A stretch of DNA of 64,000 bases. It comes from an uncultured Candidatus Binatia bacterium. GTDB taxonomy: Bacteria > Desulfobacterota > Binatia > UBA9968 > JAJDTQ01. Each line of letters starts with the position of its first letter. The stretch's first letter is position 1. The stretch spans positions 864,001 to 928,000 of the forward strand of contig OZ251459.1 of the NCBI GenBank assembly GCA_965242525.1, in the 5' to 3' direction. The position numbers and the translations under genes were made by a program. Shown in pieces: positions 8,738 through 18,199 of this stretch. The notes under the pieces were generated by a model, which was not told the origin of the DNA, made no database searches, and saw only the letters and a program-made list of their open reading frames with translations.

Positions 8738-9595
8738 TCAACCGGCCCGGGCCGCCTGGATGGTGCGCGCCACATGGACCTGCGCGAGGTGGGAGCGGTA
8801 GGCTGGGGAGGCGTTGACGTCGTCGATGGGGTCGAGGCCGTCGGTGACCAGGGCCGCGGCGCGCTCGATGGAGTCCTGGTCGAGCTTCCGGCCGCGCAGG
8901 GCCGCCTCGACGTTGGCGGCGCGGAAGGCCACGTCGGCCACTCCGGTGACGCCGATGGCGATGTCCTCGCAGACGCCGTCCGCGGACTCCTTCAGGCACG
9001 CAGCCACGCCCACGATGGCGAAGCCCGCGGCTTGCCGGGACGCTTTCCGGTAGGCGGACTTGTAGCCGTCCCGGGCCGGCGCGCGGACCTCGGTCAGCAA
9101 CTCGTCGGGACCGAGGCTCGTGGTCAGCATGGTGACGAAGAACTCCCGCACGGGGATGCGCCGTTCGCCCTCGGGTCCCACCGCGGTGACCTCGGCGTCG
9201 AGGGCCAGCACCGCGGCCGGCAGGTCTTCCGCGGGGTCGGCGTGGGCCAGGCCGCCGCCGACGGTGCCGCGGTTCCTCACCTGGACGTCGCCCACCACCT
9301 CCGCGGCCTGGGCCAGCAGCGGACACCGGCGGCGGACCATCCCGTTCTCGGCCACGTCCGTGTAGGTGGCCAGCGCGCCGATGGCGACGCCGTCGCCGTC
9401 CTCGCGGACGTAGTCGAGCTCCGCAAGGCCGCCGATGTCGATGATGACCTCGGGCTTGGCGAGGCGGAGCTTCATGAGCGGGAGCAGGCTCTGCCCTCCG
9501 GCCAGGACCTTGGCGTCGTCCGGGTTGGCGGACAGGAGCGACAGGGCTTCCGCCAGCGAGGCGGGCGCGTGGTAGTCGAAGGCGCCGGGGATCAT
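8738..9595 (-). CDS. xanthine dehydrogenase/CoxM-like FAD-binding medium subunit
   Basis: MIPGAFDYHAP, LAGGQSLLPLMKLR and QVRNRGTVGG motifs. Confidence 0.92.
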   Translation of the reverse strand: MIPGAFDYHAPASLAEALSLLSANPDDAKVLAGGQSLLPLMKLRLAKPEVIIDIGGLAELDYVREDGDGVAIGALATYTDVAENGMVRRRCPLLAQAAEVVGDVQVRNRGTVGGGLAHADPAEDLPAAVLALDAEVTAVGPEGERRIPVREFFVTMLTTSLGPDELLTEVRAPARDGYKSAYRKASRQAAGFAIVGVAACLKESADGVCEDIAIGVTGVADVAFRAANVEAALRGRKLDQDSIERAAALVTDGLDPIDDVNASPAYRSHLAQVHVARTIQAARAG

Positions 9596-12012
9596 GCCTG
9601 GCCCTCCCGGATCAGCCGCCACACCGCTTCCGGCGTCAACGGCAGGTGGCGGATGCGCACGCCGAAGGGCTCCAGCGCGTTCTCCACCGCGCTGGCGATG
9701 GCCGCGGGGGAGGGGATGGCGGCGCCTTCCCCTGCGGCCTTCTGTCCCAGCGGGGTGAACGCCGAAGGCGAGGGCCGGTGCTCCACCTCGACCCTGGGGG
9801 TCTCCGCGGCCGAGCATTTGCCGTAGTCCGTCAGGGTCATGGTGAGGAGCTGGCCTTCGTCGTCATAGACGAACCCCTCGCCCAGAGCCACGGCGATGCC
9901 GTGGGCCGCGGACCCGTAGATCTGGCCGTCCACCACGTCGGGGTTGATGATGGTTCCGTTGTCGCCCACGATGAGGTAGCGCAGCACCGTCACCTTGCCG
10001 GTGCGCGGGTCCACCTCCACCACCGCCACGTGCGCCCCCGCGCCGAAGGTGAACTGGGCCCGGACCTTGCGGTCCGTGCCCGGCACCATGTGGGGTTGGG
10101 CGTGGGGGAAGGTGTAGTAGAAGGTGGCCTGGAGGCCGGCGTCGATGCCTTCGGGCAGGAGCGACTGGTTGTTGTAGGCGACCTTGCCGAGCTCGGCGAA
10201 CGTCAGCCGGCGGCGCGGGAACCCGGGCACGCGCACTACCCCGTCCGCGACCTCCAGATCCGACGGCGGGGTGTCCAGCACGTGGCCCGCCACCTCGAGG
10301 ACCTTCTCCCGGAGCCGGGTGGCCGCGCCGATGACCGCGCCGATGTCGTAGAGGTGGAAGTTGTTGCCGCTGTTGGCCGCGGCCACGCCCCAGGGCGCGG
10401 TGTCGCTGTCGAAGGGCGTGGTGGTGCTGATGACGTCGGGGCTCACGTCGAGGATGTCCGCGGCCACCTGCGCGGTGGTGGTCTCGTGGGCCTGCCCGCA
10501 GTTGGGCGAGCCCAGGTAGAGGGCGATGGAGCCGTTCTTCTCCAGCTTGATGGTGGCGCCGTTGATCCCCCCGGCTCCCGGGGTCTCCTTCATCTCCGGG
10601 AAGATGGCCATGTCCCGGGCCGCGTTCCGCCCTCCGGGCTCCACCCCGATGACCACGCCGACGCCCAGGTAACGGCCCCGCTCCCGTTCCCGGGCCTGCT
10701 CCTGCTTGAGGCCCTCGTAGTCCGCCTTCTCCAGGGCGCGTTTCAGCAGGCCGGGGTAGTCGCCGCTGTCGTAGATGTTGCCGTTGGGGGTGGTGTAGGG
10801 CATCTGCTCCGGCTGCACCAGGTTGCGGTAGCGCACCTCCGCGGGGTCCAAGTCGAGATCCTGCGCCACCCGGTCGATGATGCGCTCCCAGATGTAGCAC
10901 ATGCCGGGCTTGCCGATGCCCCGGTTGGGGATCACCGGACAGCGGTTGGTGACCACCGAGTAGCCGTCCATGCGGATGTTCTGCACCCGGTAAGTATTGC
11001 TGAGGTTGTTGAGCTTGTTGGTGAAGTGGATGGTCAGGGTGCTCACCGACCCGCCCACGTCGTCGATCTCCCCGAACCGGAGGCCCGTGACCGTGCCGTC
11101 GTCCTTCACCGCGGCCTCCACGTCGAACTCCTGTTCGCAGGCGTGGCCGGCCGCCATCATGTGCTCGTTCCGGTCCTCGATCCATTTCACCGGCCGGCCG
11201 GAGCGGATGGCCAGGAGCGCCACGATCACCACGTACTTGCGGATGAGGTGGATCTTCTGTCCGAACCCGCCGCCCACGTCCGGGATGATGACGCGGATGT
11301 CGTCCAGGCCCAGAGCGTCCCGCAGGGCGTCGTAGATGTTCTCGGGCACCTGGGTGTTGGTGCGGACCGTCAGCTTTTGGCTGAAGCGGTCGAAGGAGGC
11401 GATGCACGCGAGGGGCTCCAGGGGGGTCGAGCTGTAACGGTGGATCTTGAGGTTCTCGCGCACCACCCGGTCCGCTTCCCGGAACGCGGCGTCGGTATCG
11501 CCGTACTCCAGGGACCCCTGCCACGCCAAGTTGGACCCCAACTCCTCGTAGATGAGGGAGGGGCTTTCGCCTTCGATGGCTTGGCGGACGTCAGTGACCG
11601 CGGGCAGGGGATCGTAGTCCACCGCGATGAGCTCCAGGGCGTCCTCCGCCGCGGCCCGGTCCCTGGCCGCCACCGCGCCCACGGGCTCGCCCACGTACCG
11701 GACCTTGTCCACTGCCCCGGCGTATTCCGGCACCGGCTTCTTCAGTCCGGCCGCGTAGCGGCCGGGCCGGAACGGTCGGGTGTCCCGTTTCAGGTCCTCG
11801 GGGGTCAGCACCGCGAACACGTCCGGCCGTTGGAGCGCGGCCCCGGCGTCCACTCCCAGGATGCGGGCGTGGGCGTGGGGGCTGCGCAGGAAGACCGCTT
11901 GCAGCATGCCGGGCTCGGTGAAGTCGTCCGTGTAACGGCCCCGCCCGGTCACGTGCCGCGGCCCTTCCTTGCTCCGGGCCGCGCCGCCCACGTGTTTCTT
12001 CGAGTCAGCCAT
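9592..12012 (-). CDS. xanthine dehydrogenase/CoxL-like molybdopterin-binding large subunit
   Basis: RSPHAHARI, DVGGGFGQK, YDSGDY, GQAHET and KAAGEG motifs; active-site loop reads IPNRGIG. Confidence 0.92.
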   Translation of the reverse strand: MADSKKHVGGAARSKEGPRHVTGRGRYTDDFTEPGMLQAVFLRSPHAHARILGVDAGAALQRPDVFAVLTPEDLKRDTRPFRPGRYAAGLKKPVPEYAGAVDKVRYVGEPVGAVAARDRAAAEDALELIAVDYDPLPAVTDVRQAIEGESPSLIYEELGSNLAWQGSLEYGDTDAAFREADRVVRENLKIHRYSSTPLEPLACIASFDRFSQKLTVRTNTQVPENIYDALRDALGLDDIRVIIPDVGGGFGQKIHLIRKYVVIVALLAIRSGRPVKWIEDRNEHMMAAGHACEQEFDVEAAVKDDGTVTGLRFGEIDDVGGSVSTLTIHFTNKLNNLSNTYRVQNIRMDGYSVVTNRCPVIPNRGIGKPGMCYIWERIIDRVAQDLDLDPAEVRYRNLVQPEQMPYTTPNGNIYDSGDYPGLLKRALEKADYEGLKQEQARERERGRYLGVGVVIGVEPGGRNAARDMAIFPEMKETPGAGGINGATIKLEKNGSIALYLGSPNCGQAHETTTAQVAADILDVSPDVISTTTPFDSDTAPWGVAAANSGNNFHLYDIGAVIGAATRLREKVLEVAGHVLDTPPSDLEVADGVVRVPGFPRRRLTFAELGKVAYNNQSLLPEGIDAGLQATFYYTFPHAQPHMVPGTDRKVRAQFTFGAGAHVAVVEVDPRTGKVTVLRYLIVGDNGTIINPDVVDGQIYGSAAHGIAVALGEGFVYDDEGQLLTMTLTDYGKCSAAETPRVEVEHRPSPSAFTPLGQKAAGEGAAIPSPAAIASAVENALEPFGVRIRHLPLTPEAVWRLIREGQA

Positions 12013-12478
12013 CCTTCCGCCGCGCCGCAGCTTCCTTCACCGCGTCCACGATCTGCACGTAGCCGGTGCACATGCACAGGTTCCCGGCCAGCCCTTCGCG
12101 GATCTCTTCCTCCGACGGGTCCGGGTTCCGGGTGAGCAGGTAGTGCGCGGCCATGACCATTCCGGGAGTGCAGTAGCCGCACTGGAGTCCGTAGTTCCTG
12201 ACGAAGGACTCCTGGACCGGATGCAGCGCGTCGTCCCCGGCCAGGCCCTCGATGGTGGTGACCTCCCTGCCGTGGGCCTGCACCGCGAACATCAGGCAGG
12301 ACTTCACCAGCTTGCCGTCCAGCAGCACGGTGCACGCGCCGCATTCGCCGACGACGCAGCCGATGTGGGTCCCGGTAAGGCCTATGGTCTCCCGCAGGAA
12401 ATAGGACAGCAGTTGCCGGGGCTCCGCCTCCTCCTCGTACAACCTGCCGTTGACGGTCACTCGCACCGTTCGTTTCAT
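12005..12478 (-). CDS. (2Fe-2S)-binding CoxS-like small subunit
   Basis: GCVVGECGAC..C and QCGYCTPG..CMC motifs. Confidence 0.93.
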   Translation of the reverse strand: MKRTVRVTVNGRLYEEEAEPRQLLSYFLRETIGLTGTHIGCVVGECGACTVLLDGKLVKSCLMFAVQAHGREVTTIEGLAGDDALHPVQESFVRNYGLQCGYCTPGMVMAAHYLLTRNPDPSEEEIREGLAGNLCMCTGYVQIVDAVKEAAARRKDG

Positions 12479-12643
12479 GGCTTGTTCATGGTTGCGCTGT
12501 GTCCCGCGGGCTCGCCCGGCGGCGCTTGGCAGTCGCCGCTTGACGGAAGGCGCGGCTGACGGACCGGCCGCGCCTTTGCGGAAAATGCGGTTTATAGCGG
12601 GGAGGGCGCGGCCCTGTCAAACAAGGAAACTCTGAACAATTAT

Positions 12644-12687
12644 CCCCGTTCGTCCTGAGCGTAGCGAAGCGAAGTCGAAGGACGCGC
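12644..12687 (+). repeat. REP-like palindrome family A (CCGTTCGTCCTGAGCGTAGC..AGTCGAAGGACG)
   Basis: Near-identical copies at 26297, 55847 and, inverted, 57023. Confidence 0.85.
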
Positions 12688-12739
12688 TTTTCCACAGGGA
12701 GAGGGAATTCGAGCCGGAATCGATCAGCCGTTCCACAAA

Positions 12740-13342
12740 TCACGCGCGCGCCGCGCGTTTCTTCGGCCACCGCCACACAGCGACCCGATAGCCCAGCAGC
12801 GCCGTCAGCACGCCCGCGTAGAGGAGGGGCTCCGTCAGGTCCGCTTTCACCAGCCACAGGAAGTGCACCACCGCGGCGATGGCGCAGGGATAGACCAGGC
12901 GATGGAGTTGCTGCCAGCGGCGGCCGCCGAGCCGCCGGATCATGCCCGCGGTGGAGGTGGCGGCCAGCGGCGCCATCAGCACGAACCCCAGGAAACCCGC
13001 GGTGATGTACGGCCGCTTGACCACGTCCTTCACGATGGCCGCGGCGTCGAAGAACTGGTCCAGGGCCACGTAGGTGGAAAGGTGCAGGGCCGCGTAGAAG
13101 AAGGCGAACAGCCCGAGCATGCGCCGCAGCCGGATGAGGCTCCCGTAGCCGGTGAGCCTCCGCAGGGGCGTCACCGCCAACGTGAGCAACAGGAACCGCA
13201 GGGCCCACTCGCCGGTGGAATGGGTGATGGCCTCCACCGGGTTGGCTCCCAGCCCGCCGCGGAACAGGCCTGCGGCCAGACCCGCCGCGGGCGCCAGGGA
13301 CAGGACGAAGACGAGCAGCTTGATCCAGGTGAAGCGTTTCAT
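12740..13342 (-). CDS. msrQ: methionine sulfoxide reductase heme-binding membrane subunit
   Basis: TGEWAL, RRMLGL, KRPYIT and WQQLHRLVY motifs; downstream of msrP. Confidence 0.93.
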   Translation of the reverse strand: MKRFTWIKLLVFVLSLAPAAGLAAGLFRGGLGANPVEAITHSTGEWALRFLLLTLAVTPLRRLTGYGSLIRLRRMLGLFAFFYAALHLSTYVALDQFFDAAAIVKDVVKRPYITAGFLGFVLMAPLAATSTAGMIRRLGGRRWQQLHRLVYPCAIAAVVHFLWLVKADLTEPLLYAGVLTALLGYRVAVWRWPKKRAARA

Positions 13343-13460
13343 GCAGGGTTCGGACGCGGGCTATCGTTCCCCGCCCGGGCCGGGGGTCGGCGGTCGGGCC
13401 GAGTCCGGGTCGGACAACCGTGGGCCGCGGCGCGGTTTGCGCCCGGGCCGCGGGGTCCCC

Positions 13461-14429
13461 TCAGTACAGCTTGGTCAGGTCCATCCCCTTGTACAGGTGG
13501 GCCACCTGCTCCCCGTAGCCGTTGAACATCAGGGTCTTGCGCTTGAAGAAGTCGCCGATGCGCCGCTCCGTGGCTTGGCTCCACCGGGGATGATCCACGG
13601 TGGGGTTCACGTTGGCGTAGAAGCCGTACTCGTGGCCGGCCGTCAGGCTCCAGGTGGTGGGCGGCTGCTGCTCCACGAAGCGCAGCTTGACGATGGACTT
13701 GATGCTCTTGAAGCCGTACTTCCACGGAACCACGAGACGGATGGGGGCGCCGTTCTGGTTGGGGAGAACTTCGCCGTAGAGTCCCACCGCGAGGATGGCG
13801 AGGGGGTTCATGGCCTCGTCCATGCGCAGGCCTTCCACGTAGGGCCAGTCCAGGCCTCCGAAGAGTCCGCCGCGCTGCCCGGGCATCTGCTCCGGGTCGT
13901 GGAGGGTCACGAACTGGATGTACTTGGCGTTGGCGGTGGGCTCCACCTCCTTGACCAAGCGGCTCAACTCGAACCCGACCCAGGGGATCACCATGGACCA
14001 GGCCTCCACGCACCGAAGGCGATAGACGCGCTCCTCCAGGGGCATCTTCAGCAGCTCTTCGATGTCGAAGGTCCCGGGCTTGTTCACCTCGCCTTCCACC
14101 TCGACGGTCCAGGGCCTGGTCCGGAAGTCCTTGGAGTACCTGGCCGGGTCGCTCTTGTCCGTGCCGAACTCGTAGAAGTTGTTGTAGCTTTTCACGTCCT
14201 TGAGGGGGGTCCTGGGCTCGTCCGTGGAGAAGGGACTGTCGCCCGCGGCGGCGAGCTTCTCCGCGGCGCGCGCTTCGCCCGGGAGGCCGAGCAGGTCGGG
14301 GGCAAGCAGGCCCGCGCCCAGGACGGTGGCCGCCGCGGAAGCCTGCGCCATGAACTGGCGCCGGTTGAGATAGACCGCCTTGTCCGTGACCTCGCTGCTC
14401 CTGATGTCGTCGGGCTTCCTGATCAGCAT
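13461..14429 (-). CDS. msrP: protein-methionine-sulfoxide reductase catalytic subunit
   Basis: Tat motif [21 protein letters not shown] and [11 protein letters not shown]. Confidence 0.95.
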   Translation of the reverse strand: MLIRKPDDIRSSEVTDKAVYLNRRQFMAQASAAATVLGAGLLAPDLLGLPGEARAAEKLAAAGDSPFSTDEPRTPLKDVKSYNNFYEFGTDKSDPARYSKDFRTRPWTVEVEGEVNKPGTFDIEELLKMPLEERVYRLRCVEAWSMVIPWVGFELSRLVKEVEPTANAKYIQFVTLHDPEQMPGQRGGLFGGLDWPYVEGLRMDEAMNPLAILAVGLYGEVLPNQNGAPIRLVVPWKYGFKSIKSIVKLRFVEQQPPTTWSLTAGHEYGFYANVNPTVDHPRWSQATERRIGDFFKRKTLMFNGYGEQVAHLYKGMDLTKLY

Positions 14430-14637
14430 GAGCGCCCTCCTTGCGTCTCCGGGGGATGGTGGGCCGATTCCGGGCATCGGCCATGCAACGCCCGCGAAAA
14501 CAGTTTGGCTTCGGGGACCGCCTTTGTCAATCGCAATCGTTCGCGAACGTCATGCGGGCGGGCAATGGACCCATGCCGCGGATTCTTGTTAGGATGGGAG
14601 TGGCAGCGTACTTCGGCCAGGGACGGGAGGAACCGGG

Positions 14638-15606
14638 ATGCATGAGAAGATCGTCTATCTGAACGGCAGCTTCGTGCCCGAGAGCGAGGCCAAGGTCTCG
14701 GTCCTCGACCACGGGTTCACCGCGGGCGACGGCGTTTACGACGTGACCCGCACCTTCAGGCACAGGCCTTTCATGCTCAGGGAGCACAACGACCGGCTGT
14801 TCCGGTCGTTGATATACACGAGGATCGACTGCGGCCTCTCCCGGGACGAGATGGAGGCCGCGGTCCTGGAGGTGCTGGAGCGCAACCGGGACCTGCTGGG
14901 GCCGGACGACGACTATGCCCTGTGGCAGGTGGTGAGCCGGGGCCCGCGCTCGTCCACCGGCGCGCGCGCCGCGGGCCGGGCCACCGTGGTCGTCTTCTGC
15001 CTGGACGTGAACTTCGCCGACTTCTGCCACCACTACGTGGAAGGCGTGCCCATCGTGGTCCCGGCCACCCGGCGCATCCCACCCCAGTGCCTGGAGTCCA
15101 AGGCCAAGATCACCAACAAGATGAACCACATCGTCGCTACATTCGAAGCCCGGCAGGCGGACCCCGAAGCCATCCCCCTGATGCTGGACCTGGACGGCAA
15201 CATCGCCGAGAGCAACGCGCACAATTTCTTTGCGGTCATCGACGGCAAGATCTACACGCCGGGCTCCAGGAACGTGCTGGGAGGCATCACCCGGGGGGCC
15301 CTCGGGGAGTTGGCGGCGAAGTTGAAGGTGGAGGTGGTGGAGGCCGACCTGACGCCCTACGACTGCTACAACGCCGACGAAGCCTTCCTGACCAGCACCA
15401 GTCCCACCATCGTGCCCATCAAGACCATCAACGGCATGGCCCCGAGGCAGGGAGCGCCGGGCAACGTGACGGTCCGCTTGCTCAACGCTTGGGCGGACCT
15501 GGTGGGGGTGGACATCGTGGGGCAGGCCCTCGACCATCTCGAAGGGGAGAGGAAGGACGCGCTGACCGCCGCATGGAGAGACAGGCAGGCGGGGCTCGGC
15601 CTGTAG
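14638..15606 (+). CDS. aminotransferase class IV (BCAT/D-amino acid aminotransferase family)
   Basis: GDGVYD, AKITN (PLP lysine), LGGITR and ADEAFLTST motifs. Confidence 0.88.
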   Translation: MHEKIVYLNGSFVPESEAKVSVLDHGFTAGDGVYDVTRTFRHRPFMLREHNDRLFRSLIYTRIDCGLSRDEMEAAVLEVLERNRDLLGPDDDYALWQVVSRGPRSSTGARAAGRATVVVFCLDVNFADFCHHYVEGVPIVVPATRRIPPQCLESKAKITNKMNHIVATFEARQADPEAIPLMLDLDGNIAESNAHNFFAVIDGKIYTPGSRNVLGGITRGALGELAAKLKVEVVEADLTPYDCYNADEAFLTSTSPTIVPIKTINGMAPRQGAPGNVTVRLLNAWADLVGVDIVGQALDHLEGERKDALTAAWRDRQAGLGL

Positions 15607-15627
15607 CCTCGGGAAAACGCTGCGGCC

Positions 15628-16512
15628 ATGCGTGCGGCAAGCGGGCTGAAGCGCCACCTGTACGTCGCGTTCACCGGCTTGGCCATGGGCGCTGCGGACG
15701 TGGTGCCGGGGGTCTCCGGCGGCACCATGGCCTTCGTCATGGGCATCTACGAAGATCTCGTGGACGCCCTCAAGTCCTTCGACGGGCGCTTGGCGAGGCG
15801 GCTGGCCCGCCTGCGGGTCGCCGAAGCCCTGGCGCCGGTGCCGTGGCCCTTCCTCACGGTGCTGGGCGGCGGCATGGCCGCGGCGGTGCTGACCCTGGCC
15901 GAGCCCATCGGCTGGCTCCTGGACAACCGCCCGACGCCGCTCTTCGGCTTCTTCTTCGGCTTGGTCATGGCGAGCATCGTGACCGTGGGAGCGCAGGTGC
16001 GATGGTCCCCGGCGCCGGCCATCTGCCTCCTGCTGGGCTCGGTCGGCAGCTACCTGCTCGTGGGGCTGGTGCCGCTGGCCATGCCCCACGACTTCCCCAC
16101 GCTGTTCCTGAGCGGCGTCGCGGCCATCACCGCCATGATCCTGCCCGGGATCTCCGGTTCCTTCGTCCTGCTGGTGCTGGGCCAGTACGAGTTCGTCATC
16201 GACGCCGTCCGCCAACGGGACTTCCTCGCCCTGGTCCCCCTGGCCCTGGGCTGCGCCGCGGGCATCCTGGCCTTCGTGCGAGTGCTGAGCTGGCTGCTGC
16301 GAACGCGCCGCCAGACCACCGTAGCCCTGCTCATCGGCTTCATGGTCGGCTCGCTGCGCCGCATCTGGCCCTTCAAGTCCGACCCCGCCCACCCCCTGGG
16401 CCAAGTCAACGTCATCCCCGACCCCGACCCCGCCTTCTGGCTCGCCCTGTCCCTGTGCCTGCTGGGCTTCCTGCTGGTGTACGCCCTGAGCCGCTTGGAA
16501 CCGCGGGGCTAA
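15628..16512 (+). CDS. DUF368 family membrane protein (possible undecaprenyl-phosphate translocase)
   Basis: MGAADVVPGVSGGT and AMILPGISGS motifs. Confidence 0.9.
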   Translation: MRAASGLKRHLYVAFTGLAMGAADVVPGVSGGTMAFVMGIYEDLVDALKSFDGRLARRLARLRVAEALAPVPWPFLTVLGGGMAAAVLTLAEPIGWLLDNRPTPLFGFFFGLVMASIVTVGAQVRWSPAPAICLLLGSVGSYLLVGLVPLAMPHDFPTLFLSGVAAITAMILPGISGSFVLLVLGQYEFVIDAVRQRDFLALVPLALGCAAGILAFVRVLSWLLRTRRQTTVALLIGFMVGSLRRIWPFKSDPAHPLGQVNVIPDPDPAFWLALSLCLLGFLLVYALSRLEPRG

Positions 16513-16559
16513 CCCTGCGAGCCAAATCCGGCATTGTATGCAAAGGCGTCCGTCCCAGG

Positions 16560-16973
16560 CTATGGACCCCGGCCTGTGAACGGGTCAACTGTCGGCACGC
16601 CGAGTCGCTCGAAGTCACGGACATTGCGGGTGACCACCGTCAATCGGTGGACAGCGGCTACAGCGGCGATAAGGGCGTCTTGCATCAGCGTGTCCGACTG
16701 CCGGTGCATCAGTTTGGCCCATTCCCTGAAGGCCGCGGCGTCCACCGCCAATATGTTGTGGTTAGCGAGAACCTGGATGAGCCAAGCTTCCAGTTCCTCT
16801 GCCCTGGACTCGTCCTGCGCACGGGTGATCTCGATTCCCGCCTGGATTTCGCCGATGGTAACGGCAGACAGGTAGAGTTGTTGGGCCGGCACGTCCTGAA
16901 TCCAGTCCAGGACCCTTTGGTTCGGATTGCGGCGGCGCAACTCGGAGACGACGTTGGTGTCGAGCAGATACAA
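16560..16973 (-). CDS. vapC: VapC PIN-domain toxin
   Basis: YLLDTNVVSE, DALIAA and VTRNVRDF motifs. Confidence 0.92.
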   Translation of the reverse strand: MYLLDTNVVSELRRRNPNQRVLDWIQDVPAQQLYLSAVTIGEIQAGIEITRAQDESRAEELEAWLIQVLANHNILAVDAAAFREWAKLMHRQSDTLMQDALIAAVAAVHRLTVVTRNVRDFERLGVPTVDPFTGRGP

Positions 16974-16977
16974 GAGC

Positions 16978-17238
16978 CTACTCGAACCGCGGGGCCGGGC
17001 GTTGGCGAAGTCTGCGCCGCGGCGGCGTCAGGGCGTCGGTACGCGGCTCCGGAGCGAGCAGCAGTTCCTTGATGTCGGACTTGGCCGCTTCCTCCAATCG
17101 GCGCCACTCGCCGATGGGGACCAGCACCGCTGTCTCGATGCCCCGCTTGGTGACGATTTGCGGCCCTTCGACGAGGCTCGTCTCCAGCAGTTCGCTGAAC
17201 CGGGCCTTGGCATCCTGCACTTGCCAGACGTTGCCCAT
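16978..17238 (-). CDS. Phd/YefM family antitoxin
   Basis: WQVQDAKARFSELLE..GPQIVTKRG; immediately upstream of vapC. Confidence 0.9.
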   Translation of the reverse strand: MGNVWQVQDAKARFSELLETSLVEGPQIVTKRGIETAVLVPIGEWRRLEEAAKSDIKELLLAPEPRTDALTPPRRRLRQRPAPRFE

Positions 17239-17396
17239 GCATCCCCTCCGGTTTCGGCCACCTGATACGGATCCTGACTAGGCATAAGACTAGTTTACGC
17301 TGGACGAAAGGTCAAGCTTCCGACTTCGAGCCAGTGAAGCCGGCCGATCCGTGCCACACACTCCCTTCGAGAGAGGAGAGAGGCGGATGAGATTCC

Positions 17397-17428
17397 CCCT
17401 TCAGTGGCATCCTGCATTGGACAACTCT
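17397..17428. mobile_element. solo terminus of an IS-like element
   Basis: CCCTTCAGTGGCATCCTGCATTGGACAACTCT closely matches 57384-57415 and resembles the IS right end at 58990-59005. Confidence 0.55.
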
Positions 17429-17441
17429 GACGCCCACCCCG

Positions 17442-17467
17442 GTCATTCCCGCGAAAGCGGGAATCCA
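17442..17467 (+). repeat. REP-like palindrome family B (GTCATTCCCGCGAAAGCGGGAATCCA)
   Basis: Exact inverted copy at 57131-57156. Confidence 0.85.
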
Positions 17468-18147
17468 CTTGGTTGCAGTCCCAGGTACACCTGGGCGTAG
17501 CGTTCGCCGAAGCGGCGGAGCGAGGGAGCGTCGAAGTGGAGGCTGTCGCCCTTGTGGGCGAGGCCCCGGGAGTTTACCCACGCGCAAGCGGACAGGGTCT
17601 CCGAGGCTTTCCGCAGCTCGGCGTTCACGGTGCGGAAATGGCCGAATTCGGCCCGTTGCGAAAGGAATTCGCCCAGCTCCCCGGCGACCACCGGGAGCGC
17701 CGGGGCGTCCAGTTCGGCCCGCAGCGCCTGCACCATGCCGACGAACCGGCGGCAGTAGGTGGAGGCGTCGGCCTCAGTGCGCGAGTCCTGCTCTCCCTGG
17801 TGCCACAGCACGGCCTTGACGGTCCCGTCCCGGGCGGCTTCCCGGGCCAGAGCGACGGCCCGTTGGTAGAGGTCCGCGCCGGGAAGCCAGCGTTGCAGCG
17901 GGGTGGACCCCACGGCGCACGGCACGAGGCCCGCCTCGCCGCAGGCGCCCGCGGCGAGGACCCGCCGGGCGAAGCTCATGGCCAGCCCCACGCCCGCGCT
18001 GGGCCGGTCGTCGTGCAGCGGCTCCCGGGCGGCGCTCCATCGGTGGTCCCGGAACGCGCGGATGCGCTCGTCCCGGATGGCTTCCACGTCTTCCGGAAGC
18101 CCCCGTCCGGCCATGTTGGACTGGCCCATCAAGAGGAAGACGTCCAT
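17443..18147 (-). CDS. sialate O-acetylesterase / CE6-like SGNH esterase
   Basis: GQSNM, WHQGE and DSLH motifs. Confidence 0.88.
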   Translation of the reverse strand: MDVFLLMGQSNMAGRGLPEDVEAIRDERIRAFRDHRWSAAREPLHDDRPSAGVGLAMSFARRVLAAGACGEAGLVPCAVGSTPLQRWLPGADLYQRAVALAREAARDGTVKAVLWHQGEQDSRTEADASTYCRRFVGMVQALRAELDAPALPVVAGELGEFLSQRAEFGHFRTVNAELRKASETLSACAWVNSRGLAHKGDSLHFDAPSLRRFGERYAQVYLGLQPSGFPLSRE

Positions 18148-18199
18148 TTCGATACACCGGTCAGGGGCCCCTCGACGCAAGCCCCCTCGCCATCGACTC

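Noticed and set aside
8738-12478. Aerobic CO dehydrogenase
   Set aside because: Lacks the AYxCSFR Cu-binding motif and the coxDEFG accessory genes
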